Positions 32,612-45,881 of a stretch of 64,000 bases of DNA are shown here, piece by piece. Source of the DNA: Amphiscolops sp. MND2022 (lineage: Eukaryota); assembly GCA_964187785.1 (NCBI GenBank), contig OZ076418.1, positions 25,482,001 to 25,546,000 on the forward strand, given 5' to 3'. A program made the position numbers and the translations under genes. The notes below the pieces were generated by a model. The model searched no databases and was not told where the DNA came from. It saw only the letters and a program-made list of their open reading frames with translations. Position 1 is the first letter of the stretch. Each line of letters begins with the position of its first letter.

Positions 32612-33440
32612 TTGTTGCTCACGCGGGCTGCCGTTACAAGCAACTTAGAGTTCAAACAAAACAAATGGTTTGGGTACTACATTTTCAAAAACTCTGCTAT
32701 GAGGAAACCAGCTGAGAACGATTTTGAAGAAAAATTCAAGAAACTCTTGAGTAATGCTTGCTTCGGTAAAACTATGAAGAGTTTGCGGAACCACCGGGAA
32801 AGCGTTTTTGTCAGCAGTAAGGAGCAAGCTGCAAATCACTTTCAAAGACCCAATTTCAAATACTTTTAGATCAACGACGATAATTTAGTGTCGATCACCT
32901 TTTCTCCCAACAATTGTTGTTGGAGTAAGCCAACTCGGTGCTTCAATACTTGACTGATTCGCTACTATAACGCATGGAGACAAAACATTTGTACCAGGAA
33001 ATGCATAGCTTCAAACCTGGATTTATCTGATTTCCCGAGTCTCTTTTTCGTCATGATAAATCCCAGAATGTTCCCCTCACGATGACTGATGAACTTCAAG
33101 GCAGGGTTCTCAATGAAATTGTGTGTCTAAGATCCAAGCAGTATAGAATTCTGTTCGAAGGGGGTATGAAGCAGAGTGTGGAAGGAATCCAAGAAAGTAT
33201 CATAAAGACTCTACATCATGACCCATTCAAATCAGAAGTTCAATGACCCATTCAAATCATGTCTGTTCGATCATCATTTTGTCAGAAGTTCAATGACACC
33301 AATGCGTTAAACCAACCATAAGGGATGTCAACCGGGTGAACAAGTTAGCTCTGAGTTCTTACAACGACAAACGATACTCACTGGATGATGGCGTGCAATC
33401 CTTTGCTTATGGACAATGTTCACTTGAAAAATACTACACA
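32612..33440 (+). pseudogene. Family-B (protein-primed type) DNA polymerase C-terminal fragment, Polinton/Maverick-like
   Basis: FKQNKWFGYYI..NDFEEKFKKLLSNACFGKTM (KxxxNxxFGK motif), TDSLL at about 32953, and LSSYNDKRYSLDDGVQSFAYG at about 33350-33412. Confidence 0.75.
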
Positions 33441-36400
33441 CTTGCTCGGACTGACATCGAAAGGTTAGTAATTTTCTGGAATTGAAATTTGTAGTCGTTT
33501 TATTTTCAGCACTTTGCGGTTCGATGGAATCAGACTATCTACAAAGTGTGCCCTGTTCGCCCGTTTCCTTCTCGAGTAATTCTGGTGAAGGCAACAGTGA
33601 TTCGCTTTGTTTGGTTTCTCCTTTACCAAGTGTCCAGCCATACAACAAACGCAAACAAACACCAAATCTACTATCACTTTCGGAATCCAGCCGATTCAGT
33701 AATAATTCAATAATACGAATTACGGAATTGCTTCAGGTCCTCCTGACACTAGTTTTCACCAGGAAGCACAAAAAGAAACTGACGATGAGCACTGTTGCAT
33801 AGATTGTGACGAGTATGATGAAATTGTTTCCAATCAAGTGATGAATCAATGAAAACTTCCGAAATGTCCCTGTCTTGTTGACCAAGGTCTTGAAGCTATC
33901 GTTTACAGTGACGTTCCTCAACATAGTTGCAAAAAGATACGCTCTTGATACGCTCTTGCAAAAAACTTCTTGTGACTTCAGGAATAGCGGAAACTCTTTC
34001 GGTGATTGAGTTGAACAACAAAAGTACTATTATTCAAATTGTCTATGACTTAGATGAAGCTGACGCATTAAGTAATCAAATCGAAGTATCTTGTTTGAAA
34101 ATTAATTGCTCAGAAACTTTATTTGCATTCAAAAGAAAGAATATCGGAAAAGTGTTTTGTAATTATCAATGATTTCAACATCACTATATACTTTGAGGTT
34201 TTCATGGAGTTAAGACATTTCGTAAGGCTTCTTCGCTATGTAGTGAATCAATAGGAGACAATACAGGCCGCCCTAAATGTTAGAGCTGGCAATTGCAGTG
34301 TGAGTGAAAATTGCTTACATAATGGCGGTTTTTCCATAATTTTGATTCAAGCTGTTAAAACTTGTGTGGATAGATACTTGATGACCCAAATAGTCCAAGA
34401 CGGAAACTTGTAGTTCCTTTGTCCTCGCTCAATAGTAGCGTCACGAAGCAACCAGTGCGACCATGTAATTTTTCGGGGAAATTGTTTACAATTTGAAACC
34501 AAAACCAATCTTTCACTCGCAAGAAAGTTTATGGGCATTTGAAAAGTTACTGGTTACCCGCTGAAATTGTCTGCCGACGCGATTCCTGCAAGGGCTACCA
34601 TCAACTTGGAAAAATCATGTGTTGTAGAGTCACTCTATCCAACGCGATGCCTGTTTTTTTTTCGTTTTTGTCACCGAATTTATTGTTACTTGACTGAACC
34701 GCCCACTAATTAAAAATAAATCAATAGCATCGTCGAGAGCCTTTTCGAAATACAATTTTAAAGCTAGACTGGAGACGTTGAGTTCGGGAAAGGGCGTAAA
34801 CGTTTTCTGCCCTCCTCTGCTGAAGTCAAGTCAAAGATATTAAAAAAAAACAAAATTGTCCTCAAAGTCACTAGGCTTAATTCCATTCTCTTTCTCTTGA
34901 AGCCGACTACTTTTCGAATAAAAAAAGAAAGGCTTTAAAAACAAGTGGAAGTAAGTGTGTTGTTCGATGATCAATACAGACGCACGTGTAGAGTTACATT
35001 TGGAAGTTAAAATTTCTCAAATCCAAAATGTCAATCTGGAGAACAACAGAGAGCTGAATTTTTCACTTTTTTCTACAAAGCGAGCAGCGAACTTTGACAA
35101 ATAGGTGTATTCTTGGCATTCGGCCAATGAGTTTTCACTTTCCGTGTTAGTTGAAAGTTCAGTTTCTACAAAAGATGAATTCAAGTAACAATTATTGCTG
35201 TGAGACAATAATTTTCCTTGCAGACACATTTCCGCGTGTGAAAAAAGGGATAACGGCTTTGTTGGAGAAAACAACTTCAAAATCTCCGGGTTTGTCTCGT
35301 GTCCCATTTCATTACAAAGTGCCACTTCAACACACAGTAAAAAGCTATTCAAGTCAATAACGTTTTGCGCTTCCGCAGCTACAAATAAGTCCCACTGTGG
35401 TCCACTACATAACACGTATGGAAAATTTCTTGGTCGTAGGAGCCTTCTAATTTGAACTCAACTCCTGAATTGTTCGAAGTGTCCAACGCTCAATGTGTCA
35501 CGTGCCTCGCAATCTCTTTCCACTTTGGACAAATAAATTGTGACGGACCCCAGATGTTTTAATAGGCAAATTGATTTTCAGAAAAAAAACGTGGGACCGT
35601 TGTCTTGTGGCGGCTGTTTTTCCCGAAATGCTACTCTAATTGTTTCTTTTTTTTTGCTAAACCCGTCCTTGGTCGTACGCCACTGTCATTCGCCAATACG
35701 TCGCGCCGCCCCAGTTTTCCGCTCGTCATCGCCTCCACCTCCTCCGCCGCCGCCTGCCGGGCGAAAGGCTACTCCTGCGGGTATTTTTTTACTCATTTTC
35801 TGCCATATTCGCTTTCACGACACCTGCTAACAGTTTTAGATGGCGCTTTTTTCCCCATGGGAGAGCCAAAACAATTCCAAGCAGGAATGGCAGTCTCCAG
35901 AAGGTTTTCCCTATTTTATCTCGTTACAAGCAAGACGTAGTTTCTTACTAGGGGAATGGCTACGAACGGCTATTACTTCGAGTCCACCTCTCGATTCCAT
36001 CTGCCTTGCTGATCCAGTGTAACTGGTGTGAATCGTAATGAGCAACCATTTTGTATGTCATTAATCTTGAAACTGATCAACTGAACTTGCCAAAGGTGAA
36101 CACTGAATGAAGTCGTTCAGTTTCGAGACCCTGGGCGGAGAGCCAAAGTACTGCTGGTGCGGCTACTGCTCATAAAGGAACTTTTGGCCCATCTCTTTGG
36201 CAAGAGTTGGACTAGTGGATTTGAATTGGGGTTTGACAATCCGCTTCCACTGTAAATTTGTATAACGTTCGTGGTTCACCTCGTCCATAGTGTACGCCAA
36301 AGTCATACTCTTCAAAGGAATGTACCTCAAAAGTGCCTGCCGTCTGCGTGTCGCCCAGCGTCTCATTTTGTAAAAGGTCAAAAAAGAGAAACATTTTGTG

Positions 36401-37049
36401 ATTACCCGCATTTGAAGCGACAGGCCAATATCCGACTTGCTTCACAACATTGGAACTGCCTGAAGCTAGTTGGGCAGGGGCTTCAGGTTTGTCATGATGT
36501 TGCTGCGATTGAAAATCAATTATTAAGTCGGTACCCTAATTGTTTTCCAACTCTTCCGACACTACCGCAATTGCAAGTCATTAATTTTCCACATTGCCGT
36601 TCGATTGACGTGCACCCTTCTAGTAGTTCTATCAATTTTCCAAGACAGCATGGAACCATTAGGCCGATAGGTTTCAATCAGCGTGCTCTCTTTATTTCAG
36701 CTTTGATGATGGCTTCCTCGTTATTGAATCTACCGATGTGCTTGAGACCCAACCATGTGCTGGTGCACAGCCATGCTTGGGACAAAGGGTATCTGTGAAC
36801 TGTCTTTTGGAAATCCAAAGGAGACCGTCATCGAAATCAAAGCTGGTTTGTGATGTCTGTATTTTTCCACTAGGCAATCCCGGCAGTTGTTTCGAGACTG
36901 TGAATATTCCCAAAGTCACCATATTCCACCATTGACGGCCTTGGATATTCAACGAGTGCCACTTGTCAACCTCTAGACAAAGACATTGTTGTTGGCAACA
37001 GCGTCTTGAAGTTTGTCAATGTGTTTCCGTGATTAGCCATTGATGCATT

Positions 37050-40000
37050 CAACTAAGGTTCATTGTGATTGCTATCCTCAGTGAATTGAATCTTGTAGCC
37101 CCTACAAAAGTATTGATTTTGCGTGGAAATCGAATTTGACCACCAATTTTGAACTTTCGATTCTGCTGAGCATTGGTATGACAAAGCGATACTAAATAAG
37201 GCACATGTTTTTGGAAACGGCAATTGGAGCCTTCTTTGTAATGCGATTGATGCGACGAAAAATAACTGATACAAATTGGTTGGTATTATCAATGTAAGTG
37301 TTACGGTCATGATCATGCATGTACTTGAAGATCGGTGATTTGAGTGATCGAATGTTTCTTTCCGCTAATGCAAACTTTGTTTCTTTTTTGTAAGATTACA
37401 TTTTAATACATTTTGACCGACAAGAATCGGCAAAGTCTCCGGCAAACTCGCGCCTTCGGTCGACACAAACATTTTCTGTTTGGTTCGGTGCTCTGCGTAC
37501 TGGGCACTGGTGTTTTTCCGTGTTTGGCGATGACCCAGAGATAACGGCCTATAGTGTCTACCGCTAGCTACAAATCGGTATATGATGTCCTTATTGCTAG
37601 CTGCAAGTTCCCGCGTATCGACAAAATCAATCAATCCAATTTCAGTCAGCCTATAACTGACATTTTTCAGTCGCACGAAAGATTTACTGGAAAGTTTGAA
37701 TTTGTGTAGGTTTCGCTCGGAATGAGGTATCTATTTTCATGAGCTGATGGACATTGGGATGTGGCTGTCAAGTTGAGTCTGCTTCCAAACGCTGCTTTGC
37801 TCCGAGGATTTGGGAAACGTCTGTGAATCTCCGGGAACAAAGTTGCATAACCTCTGTCAATATCGTGTTTCAGTAGATTTCATCTCCTACTACACTCGGA
37901 TCTCAGAAAATTGTCGGTGTACTCCGTGCCACTCTTGAGACCGCTGTATTTGAAGTGTATCCAACTGCAGATATGACACAAAAATGAAGGAGATGTTTTG
38001 GATCCTTTACGCAGAGGCGTTTTACACGATCCACAGAGTAATTGTTGTTATTGTTTCTCACGTGCGTGGGTGTTTTCACCGATTTTTGAGGAGTAAAAGA
38101 CTTTTCACGAGTGACATTAGGTCACCCATGCTACTGTTGGATACTATGGCAATAATTCACATGACTAAGTAGGGATGAGGGAATCAATTTCACTAAATTG
38201 AGAAACCCCCTCTGAGCCCAACACTTGGGTTTTTTTCGTCAAGGTATTTCACCGTTTCGAACAAATTTTCTCCGGGTTCGTTTTTTTCCACGTGCAAATA
38301 GCGCCGCTTCTTGTTGCAACCGTTTGTCCAGCTTGAATCTCCCTTTTACAACGTCGAAAACACAGTGACAAAAAAAGTTACTTTGTCATCTGGATATTGC
38401 AAAATGATCTTTTTCCACTGTAGGTGAAAATTGTAGAAGCAGTGCAGCTGTAAAGTAGTTTTGTAATATCATCATTGTTGGAGTTGAAACAAAGTTCATC
38501 TCTCGCGCAAAAAAACGAAGGTTTCTGCTGCTCCTCTTGTCCAATTTTGTCGATAAAGGACCGAATGCTTCCCTAGTTGCTCTTTCATAGGCTTCCAATA
38601 GGATGGAACGCATGCACAGTTGACGTACCGAAATCCCAGGTTAATCAGGGTCTCTTGAACTATCGAAGCAAACGTACTGAGTCACATTCAAATCAGTCGT
38701 TTTTGAGTGTTTATACGTTTGGATAGGTTGTGCCGCAGCACCATCAAATGCGTGTTGCAGTGACAAGTCCAAAACTTCTTTGCTGTTAGTAGCTTTGTCA
38801 TACAAGTCATCTAGAACAACGAAAGTCCGTTTTTAAAGAATTCCCATAGCTCGGACGCATTCCAATCTCGACATTGGAAGAGTTGCACATCGATTTTTTC
38901 TACTAGGCATTCTGATTCAATCATTTATTATGCTTGTTGATAGTGGTTATGAAAGTAGTATATTTTGTCGAAGAAAGAGCGAAGTTTTTTTGCTGGTTGC
39001 AAACCTTTCTTCTAATCAATTGAAATTTCACCAGAACCACCTAGTCCCACCGCAAAAGTGACTGAAGCAATGAGGAGTCGTACTGCTTCGCTCATTCATG
39101 ACTTTGGGTCAAGTACAGATTGACAACTGCAAGCTGAGAGAATTGCTGAAATCCCGCCAGAAACTTCGTTGTCATTTTCAGAAACCGTAAGGAAAAAAAC
39201 AGAACGTGAAAACTGCGACGAGTAAGAAATAATGTGAAAATACCAAAAACAAGTGACCTTTCCAATCGCGAATCAAAACAGCAAAGTTGAAGGCTTGTCT
39301 CTCGTTGTCCGTTTGTTCGATTCTAGAGTATCAGAACTCGCATTTGATAAAATTCCTTGGTGAATTGCAACTTTCTGATCACCTTGATTGTTGATCGTTA
39401 AATTGCTGCAATAGTTGCTGGTCAAATCAGTGCTGCTCATAGCCTCAAAATGTCAAAAAGCCAATGCATCGAAAAGTCCTCGATGGAACAGTATGACAAA
39501 TATACAATATGATATTCCGCGGAAGCGTCGAAGTAGCATTTTGATGAGGGAACACTACATTTCAAATATAGTGTACACCTATCCGGGTCTAAATTCTTCG
39601 AAGCAGCGCATGTATCCAAATGGCTCGTGGAAAATTGCAAGCAATTTACAAATTCTGGAACACCTCAGGTAAATGTTCAAAGTACTATCGCCTGGCTCTG
39701 TTTTGCCACCGAACGATCCATTAGCGTTTACTTCCCTCAAGACAACATTCTCTTTAAAACAACGACAATTTGCTAAGGAAGCATTTTTAGTGGTACTGCT
39801 CTTAGCAAAGATTTAACTGAAACAAAATCTTCACAAAATTGTCTGCTTGAAAAGTATCGATTTTAGTGTCTTCATTCAGTTGAAGTGATTGGATCACTTG
39901 TTCAAAACACATGCTTTGAGCATTTGAGTGTTCAAATCGATATCCAAGGTTTTACTGTGCACCAGTACGAAGAGTCGTGAGATACTTCGTTGTAGAAGCT

Positions 40001-40500
40001 CAACATATGGTACTACTGGATCCTTGGAAGAATCATCTAGCACTTTTCTAGTTCCACTAGCCTTCCGAAAACGTAGAGAGACTTTTGTTTTCGGTGCAGT
40101 CACCCACGCATCTGGGTCTGTCCAGTTCCCAATCGCTGTTGAATTTGAATTCCGAACATTCAGTTGTTTTCCAATCCAACATACTTTTCATTCTCTTGTT
40201 TTCTATAACGAGAGATCTGTTATCAAAAAGTGACGTCTCAGTTCTTACAGAATTTTTTTGAGTACGAAATGCGAGTATTCGAACCTTTGCCTGATGCAAA
40301 ATGTAAAAAGACTGTTGAAAAGATTTGTTTAAATGATATTTCTGCGTTTGTGAACTGTGGCAGGTACAGCAGATGACGATAATGATTGTGAAGCAACGCA
40401 ATTCCGGGAAACACTTCGTGTACTCTTCCTATGAGTTGGCTTTTGTCGAAGGTAAAGAGTGTTTTCAACAATTCGGAGAGACATGTTGGTAGTTCTAGGA
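37050..40500 (-). mobile_element. Highly decayed Polinton/Maverick-like module (packaging ATPase x2, integrase, possible minor capsid)
   Basis: TFVVLDDLYDK (about 38793-38826) and HSKTTDLNVTQY (about 38675-38710) fit the Polinton ATPase Walker B region. A second copy reads KVLDDSS..HSKTLDIDLNTQ (39894-40103). RNLRFFAREMN (38386-38613) resembles the Polinton integrase N-terminus. The capsid call is weak and boundaries are approximate. Confidence 0.5.
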
Positions 40501-42599
40501 TGTGTTTCTCGCGGACATTTTTGTACGCTTCGGATTATTCAGTTGAATATCGAAGCAGCCAATATTCACTCGATTCTTCGCGAAACATTGGTGCCATACC
40601 GGCCCCCAGAAAAAAAGAGTGCAACTGCTTCAGAGAAAGTTTAAATTATACTGACAATTTCTCTTGTCACAAATAACATCAATGATAATCATGGAAGATT
40701 CCTTTGGGAGACATTGAAAGAACTTTCCATGCATAGAAGATTTTCTAGTGTTAGATGCTGCTAATCCTCTTTTATTTTCAGTTTCGGGAATCAGAGTTCG
40801 TATAAATTTATTAATTTTTCTTCTTTTTTGAATTTACTTTTATCACCAGTGCTCCTGCTATCGGAGGACAAACGGTTAGACATTTCCGATTAGTTATTTT
40901 GCAGAGAGAAATGCATTAAAAGAACTTCATTTTTCATTGATTTTTTGCGTTGATTGAAAATTAAATATCCAATGTTTGCTTATGTGAAGGTTTGTAACAA
41001 TTGCCATACATTTTGGTTGGCTTGTGAAAAGGAAATTTAACCTTTCTGATGTAGAACATTTCGGCTTAAGAGCTCTAGGACACCTACGGCTATTAAAAAT
41101 TTGCATGTTTTAAGATTGGAGAATCCCAATCAACTCGAACAGATCAGGTATCATAATCGGCTCTTCGGAGAGCGTCTTGAGGATTGATGATTGGCTGTAA
41201 ACCCCCTCTCCTGATTACTAATGCTTCCGACGTCCAACGTTGCAAGTTTGTGACATTGTCTGACTTCTTTTTGGTCAAATTGCTTCAGATATAAGGTGCT
41301 TGTAGAGTTTACACTTAATTACAAAGCTGAAATATCGCCGGATATCTTCCTTCGGGTGTTTTCAGCACTTTGTTACACTTTTACAAACAAATACTTTCAC
41401 CAAGATGTCTCCAGTTCAAAGAACCAATGCATCGAAATGTCCTCGATGGAACAGTTTGACAAATATACAATATGATTTTCCAGAGAAGATTCCAAGTAGC
41501 ATGTTGTCGCGGAAAGACTGAGTTTCGTTTACCGTGTACATATCGATTTATCCAATGTCACATTCAATTCCTCTTCTGAATCACTATTTGCTTACTGGAT
41601 GAGTCACAGGTCTACACTTTTACTAGTCAGCGCTGCAGTTTATTACGGAGTACCTTGAGATCTAATTGCTGTGATTTCAATAAGCCTGTGTAGTCAGCCT
41701 GACTTGAGCAAACTAGCTGGATAATTAGTTAGATTAACGTCTCCCTCGGACGTGAGATACCCAACAAGTACTGTCTGGAGCTGAAAATTTCCGTCGTCCA
41801 GCATGGAAATAACTTCAGGTTGACGCTTTTAAGGTGTTAAATTTCAGTTTGATCAGAACTGTAGTTTCAATGAGATTACTTTCCCCATGGTAAAGTTTTC
41901 AGACTAACGTGAGGACATAAGCATTTTGCTTTCGAAAATCTTCATTTTGCGGCAAAATTTTATTCAGGAAGTGAACCGTGTGGGTTTATTTCTCTCCGTT
42001 TAGATAAAGATAACACTTCTCCAAGAATAAAAGGCGGAGATGAGGTTTCAAATGCCTCCACCTCAAGCTAAGCTTGAACGAATGTAGTTGATACTGACGT
42101 TCAACCTACGATTCCAACGGGCGTCCCAAATCAGAGTGCTGAACCTCTTACTGATCTCGTACCGATATTATCCAGTAATAGTGGTTCTGACAAGAGTTGC
42201 GACACCTAATCCAGGAGGAAAATGGAGTTTTTGGGCACATATTTCGAGATTTGACCTGAACTTGAGATCAGTTCTGCCTCAGCTGAAGCGAGTGCAAGTT
42301 ACCAACTTCAGTTGGAGCCTACTGCAAATTTGCTTTCCTTCTCAGGACACACTCCCTAGGTCACGTTCTCCGATTCCCCATATGTAACTACTTTCACTCC
42401 AGGGTTTTATATCCAAGAGGAAAAAGTTACTGTGGACATCTCGGTTTACATTCCCCCATTCGGGAGAACCCTTAAAAAACTACAGCTCCAGTATGTGTCT
42501 TGGAGGGGGATAATCCTTGGTCAAATCCAGGGTTCATTTGTGCGGGGAAAAGAGAGAGACATTAGTGTGGGAGAAGGGTCGTACATGACGGACCTCGAT

Positions 42600-44021
42600 T
42601 CAACTGCACTACAAAGATTCACTTTAGCGTAAGCAGTAGAGTTCTCCAATAAGCAATGCTCCTTCGACGTCAAAGACACCTCGAGTGTTGCTACCATGAG
42701 TGAAGCTCCCAGAGTTGCACCTTTATCCAACAGTGGAAGGGCAGTTATCAGGAAAATTCTGATCAAGCCAGCCCAATGACTCTTCCAGCAGGCCATCCCA
42801 CCGTCGCTTTCAACGAGGCTCAAATCTATTACACCTTGCGAGTTGTTGCTGAAAAAGGTGCTAAAGCCTCGTTTGAGATGCTAGAAAGCCTGGTTTTAAG
42901 GGCTAACCACCTACATTGTTCAAATCCCCCCCAGTTAGACGAAGCCAACAGACAACTGCTGCTACATTCACTGATCCGTCTTCACTTTGGTTCGATGCTG
43001 AGATCGGAGCTCGGAGAAGTACAATGGCCAATCAAGGTGGTGACAGCCAAGAATTAGGAGCGATGACGACGCCACTAGTATTGGGTACGCTTACGCGTAG
43101 TCACGGAGTTCAGTCTTGTCCGTGCATGTACCTACTCCCCATCACCTAACTCCCGTCCCATTGACCCAGAGTCTGCTATGCTCTCAGAAACTTCTGAAAG
43201 TCCTGGGGCTCAAACTCTTGCCGCCTTAAAACAGGAGGCACTAGCTGATATGCGAAAAGATACGAAAAGACGCCCAAGAAAGGCAAACTCAACTCCAAAA
43301 AGAAAGCTCGCCTGACGCTCGTTACCGTGAAAAAAAAAAGATGACCATGCCAGAAGAATTGGTTAAAAGTATGGCTTGGACACGTACCTTTGTGTCTGGT
43401 CCCGGTGTCCTCAGATGGAACCCTTACAGCTTTATTTGCCAACTTTGTAATGGTTAAATCTCAACTCATGGACCCGATGTGAAAAAAAATCACCATGCCA
43501 CTGAACGTCATCTTCGAAGAGTTCAGAAGTGGCGTTTTCATCGCCTCCAAGTGGAAGATGCGATCACAATCGTCGTGACGCATCAAGTCAGGGCCGAGAC
43601 GGGAAAATTCTCACCCGATACCAGCTTGAATTAGAACTCCCAAAGTTTAAAAACAAGGAATTAGTTAATATTGGAGAGAAGTTGCCCCTCTACGAAGAGT
43701 ACATGGAAGGCAATGAACACAAGACATTGTCATCTCAGAACGGCGTCCGTGTCCAAACTATCGTCTTCCTTACGAAGACTTTGGCGGGACATTGACGTGG
43801 TTGTGAACTACCAAGTTTTACTCTCTGACTTCAACAGGGGCGAGAAACGACTATCAGTAAGTAAAGTTCTCTTAATGGACATCAGGTCCATTTGGCTACA
43901 GAAGGTTACTTAGATAGTTTCATCACGATTTAAGCGGAAAACACTTGCACCTGGTCGCCTAAGTGCTACTTAATTCCATGTTCCTGCAACATATTGAGAG
44001 GTCGGCACCCGAATTGTGGCA
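42600..44021 (+). pseudogene. Cargo gene of older element 4 (third zinc finger/hAT-like homologue), 5' part
   Basis: Across frameshifts: WTRTFVSGP..SFICQLC..HHATERH, PKFKNKELVNIGEKLP and LRRLWRD..FNRGEKRLS followed by donor GTAAGT (43857). These match element 1 exon 5 (KVFVSGP..FFCRVC..RHFGSDRH; LRRLWGH..WSRSETV|intron). Confidence 0.7.
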
Positions 44022-44026
44022 GCTGG

Positions 44027-45029
44027 TGTCGGAACGGGTCTCATGTCCAATTGAGACCGCATTTAGGTTGTTCCCTTCTCTATTGCTAGAGGATATCTTC
44101 TCCGTGAGCATCAAAACGTATTCGTCAATTCGGTTATTTGCTTGTTCATTTCAGAGAACCTTTGATCCACTATTGATCGCTCATTATCATTTCTACAATT
44201 CAATAAATCTCCATTGTCAAATTCTCTAATATGATCTCTGGACAGTACTTCGGGAATGCTAGTTTCGCTTTCAGTATCGCTATACCTGTCTGTTCCGTTT
44301 ATATCTGAAGGCGTATTCCTGATCGTTCTAGATCTAGTGTTGACCATGAAGGAAAGTGTAGGAGTTTAAAGTTTTATTGGTTATTCAAGGTAATAAGTTG
44401 GAAATATTGAGATTCGTAATATCAATGTACTGATGTGGTAAGTAACTGCACGTCGTAAGTTTTCAAGATCTACTGATTGTACTATATCGCGTGGTGTAAA
44501 TTATGGCGACGTTGGTCACGTGACTACATCAACCAATCGTATCACTGCGTACTTTCACACCTTTGTTGGTAATTGCGCAATTTCATCATAGCACGGAAAT
44601 AAACTGCAAATGCGTTGCTATAGTTACATGACTCAATACTGGTATTATGATGTGGTTACATTACTGGCATCATATGATTGAATGGCTACTGTGTATATTG
44701 AACACGGGACTAATATTATTGAAACGGAATCTGATGATGGTGCGTCATCTACATTACTTTCACTACCAACTAAATTGACGCGAATTCAGTTTACAGGATA
44801 AATGTAGCAAATTTATGAAATATGGATCAATAGTGCAAGGTTATTTAGGGATTAAATGAAAATGATGCGTTTGGTAAATTCGATTTCAAGTTTTTGTGAC
44901 GTGGTTTGGTTCACCACATTCTTTTTCTTCGTTACTATTCATTTGCTGTTTGTCGGTTTTCTTTCATCTTTAGTATGTAGGATGGTTACCCACATCATTG
45001 TTTGTATTTTACATGTGTCAGGCCTGACA
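44027..45029 (-). repeat. 3' LTR of element 3
   Basis: Direct repeat of 58682-59686. Carries the gag N-terminal copy MVNTRSRT.. (44111-44347). Confidence 0.95.
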
Positions 45030-45881
45030 CTCCGGGTAATTTTGGAAAAGAACATGTAATGGGTATGGTGTATATTTTCCTCTAAGTGTGAGATAGTTTG
45101 AACGCCGTTTTCCATTGAGCAAATGTGAACTCGGCAGTATTCGTTGATTGGAGATGGTAGTGATGTTGTCATAGTAACCACATTGGTAGCGGTTATTCGG
45201 CTTCATAGCTGGAATAGTCAATCCATTAATTCGTTGTTCGGTTTGACGAGCGAGAGAAGGAAATGTATTCGCGAATTAACTGAACCACTTCGGTCGAGAG
45301 TGAATACTAATTTGATTTGGTGAGGATAGCCACGTCATCCGATCGTGCGCATTATTGGTAGTAGAAGTGATAGTATAGGATTGAATTCGCCGAAAATTAA
45401 TGTAACGTGGCAGCGCACATAATTGCTCGGCTCAATCGGAAAGTGTTTGAAAGTGAATGCAGTGAAGTGTTGTGCGCTTTGTAAACAACACTTCGTCGCT
45501 GCCAACTACGAGAATAAATTTTCTCTCCAGTATATTCATTTGTGCGATTCTTCAGCAGTTCAGTTCGGCCACGGCTTACTGAGTGATGGTATCAATGATC
45601 AAGTGGGCTATGGGTAGGATAAGCCAGGGAGTCGTATTGTAATTTTGAAGAATTTTCGGGTAGGTGTTGTCCCTTTTAGAAGGAGAGTGGTGGGCTAGCT
45701 TCGGGAATTAGGTTGTCCCTTTGGAATTTCAGGCCAGTGACTTTGCATAGATAATGTTGGTGATCAGTCCACATGATCATTAGAAGTTACTTTGAACCTC
45801 AGTAAATCGCAAACGACTGTGTGTTTTCAGTTTAATAGCCTCGAAATTATCATTTTTTCAGACTTGCTTGTTATTACCGAT

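Noticed and set aside
33440-37050. Further Polinton genes (e.g. ORFs 33465-33677, 36212-36445, 36692-36952)
   Set aside because: Context is suggestive but no diagnostic motif can be defended by eye.
41730-42350. 3' LTR of element 4
   Set aside because: A plausible TGTCCTG start exists near 42349 on the minus strand, but there is no partner LTR in the window to confirm the boundaries.
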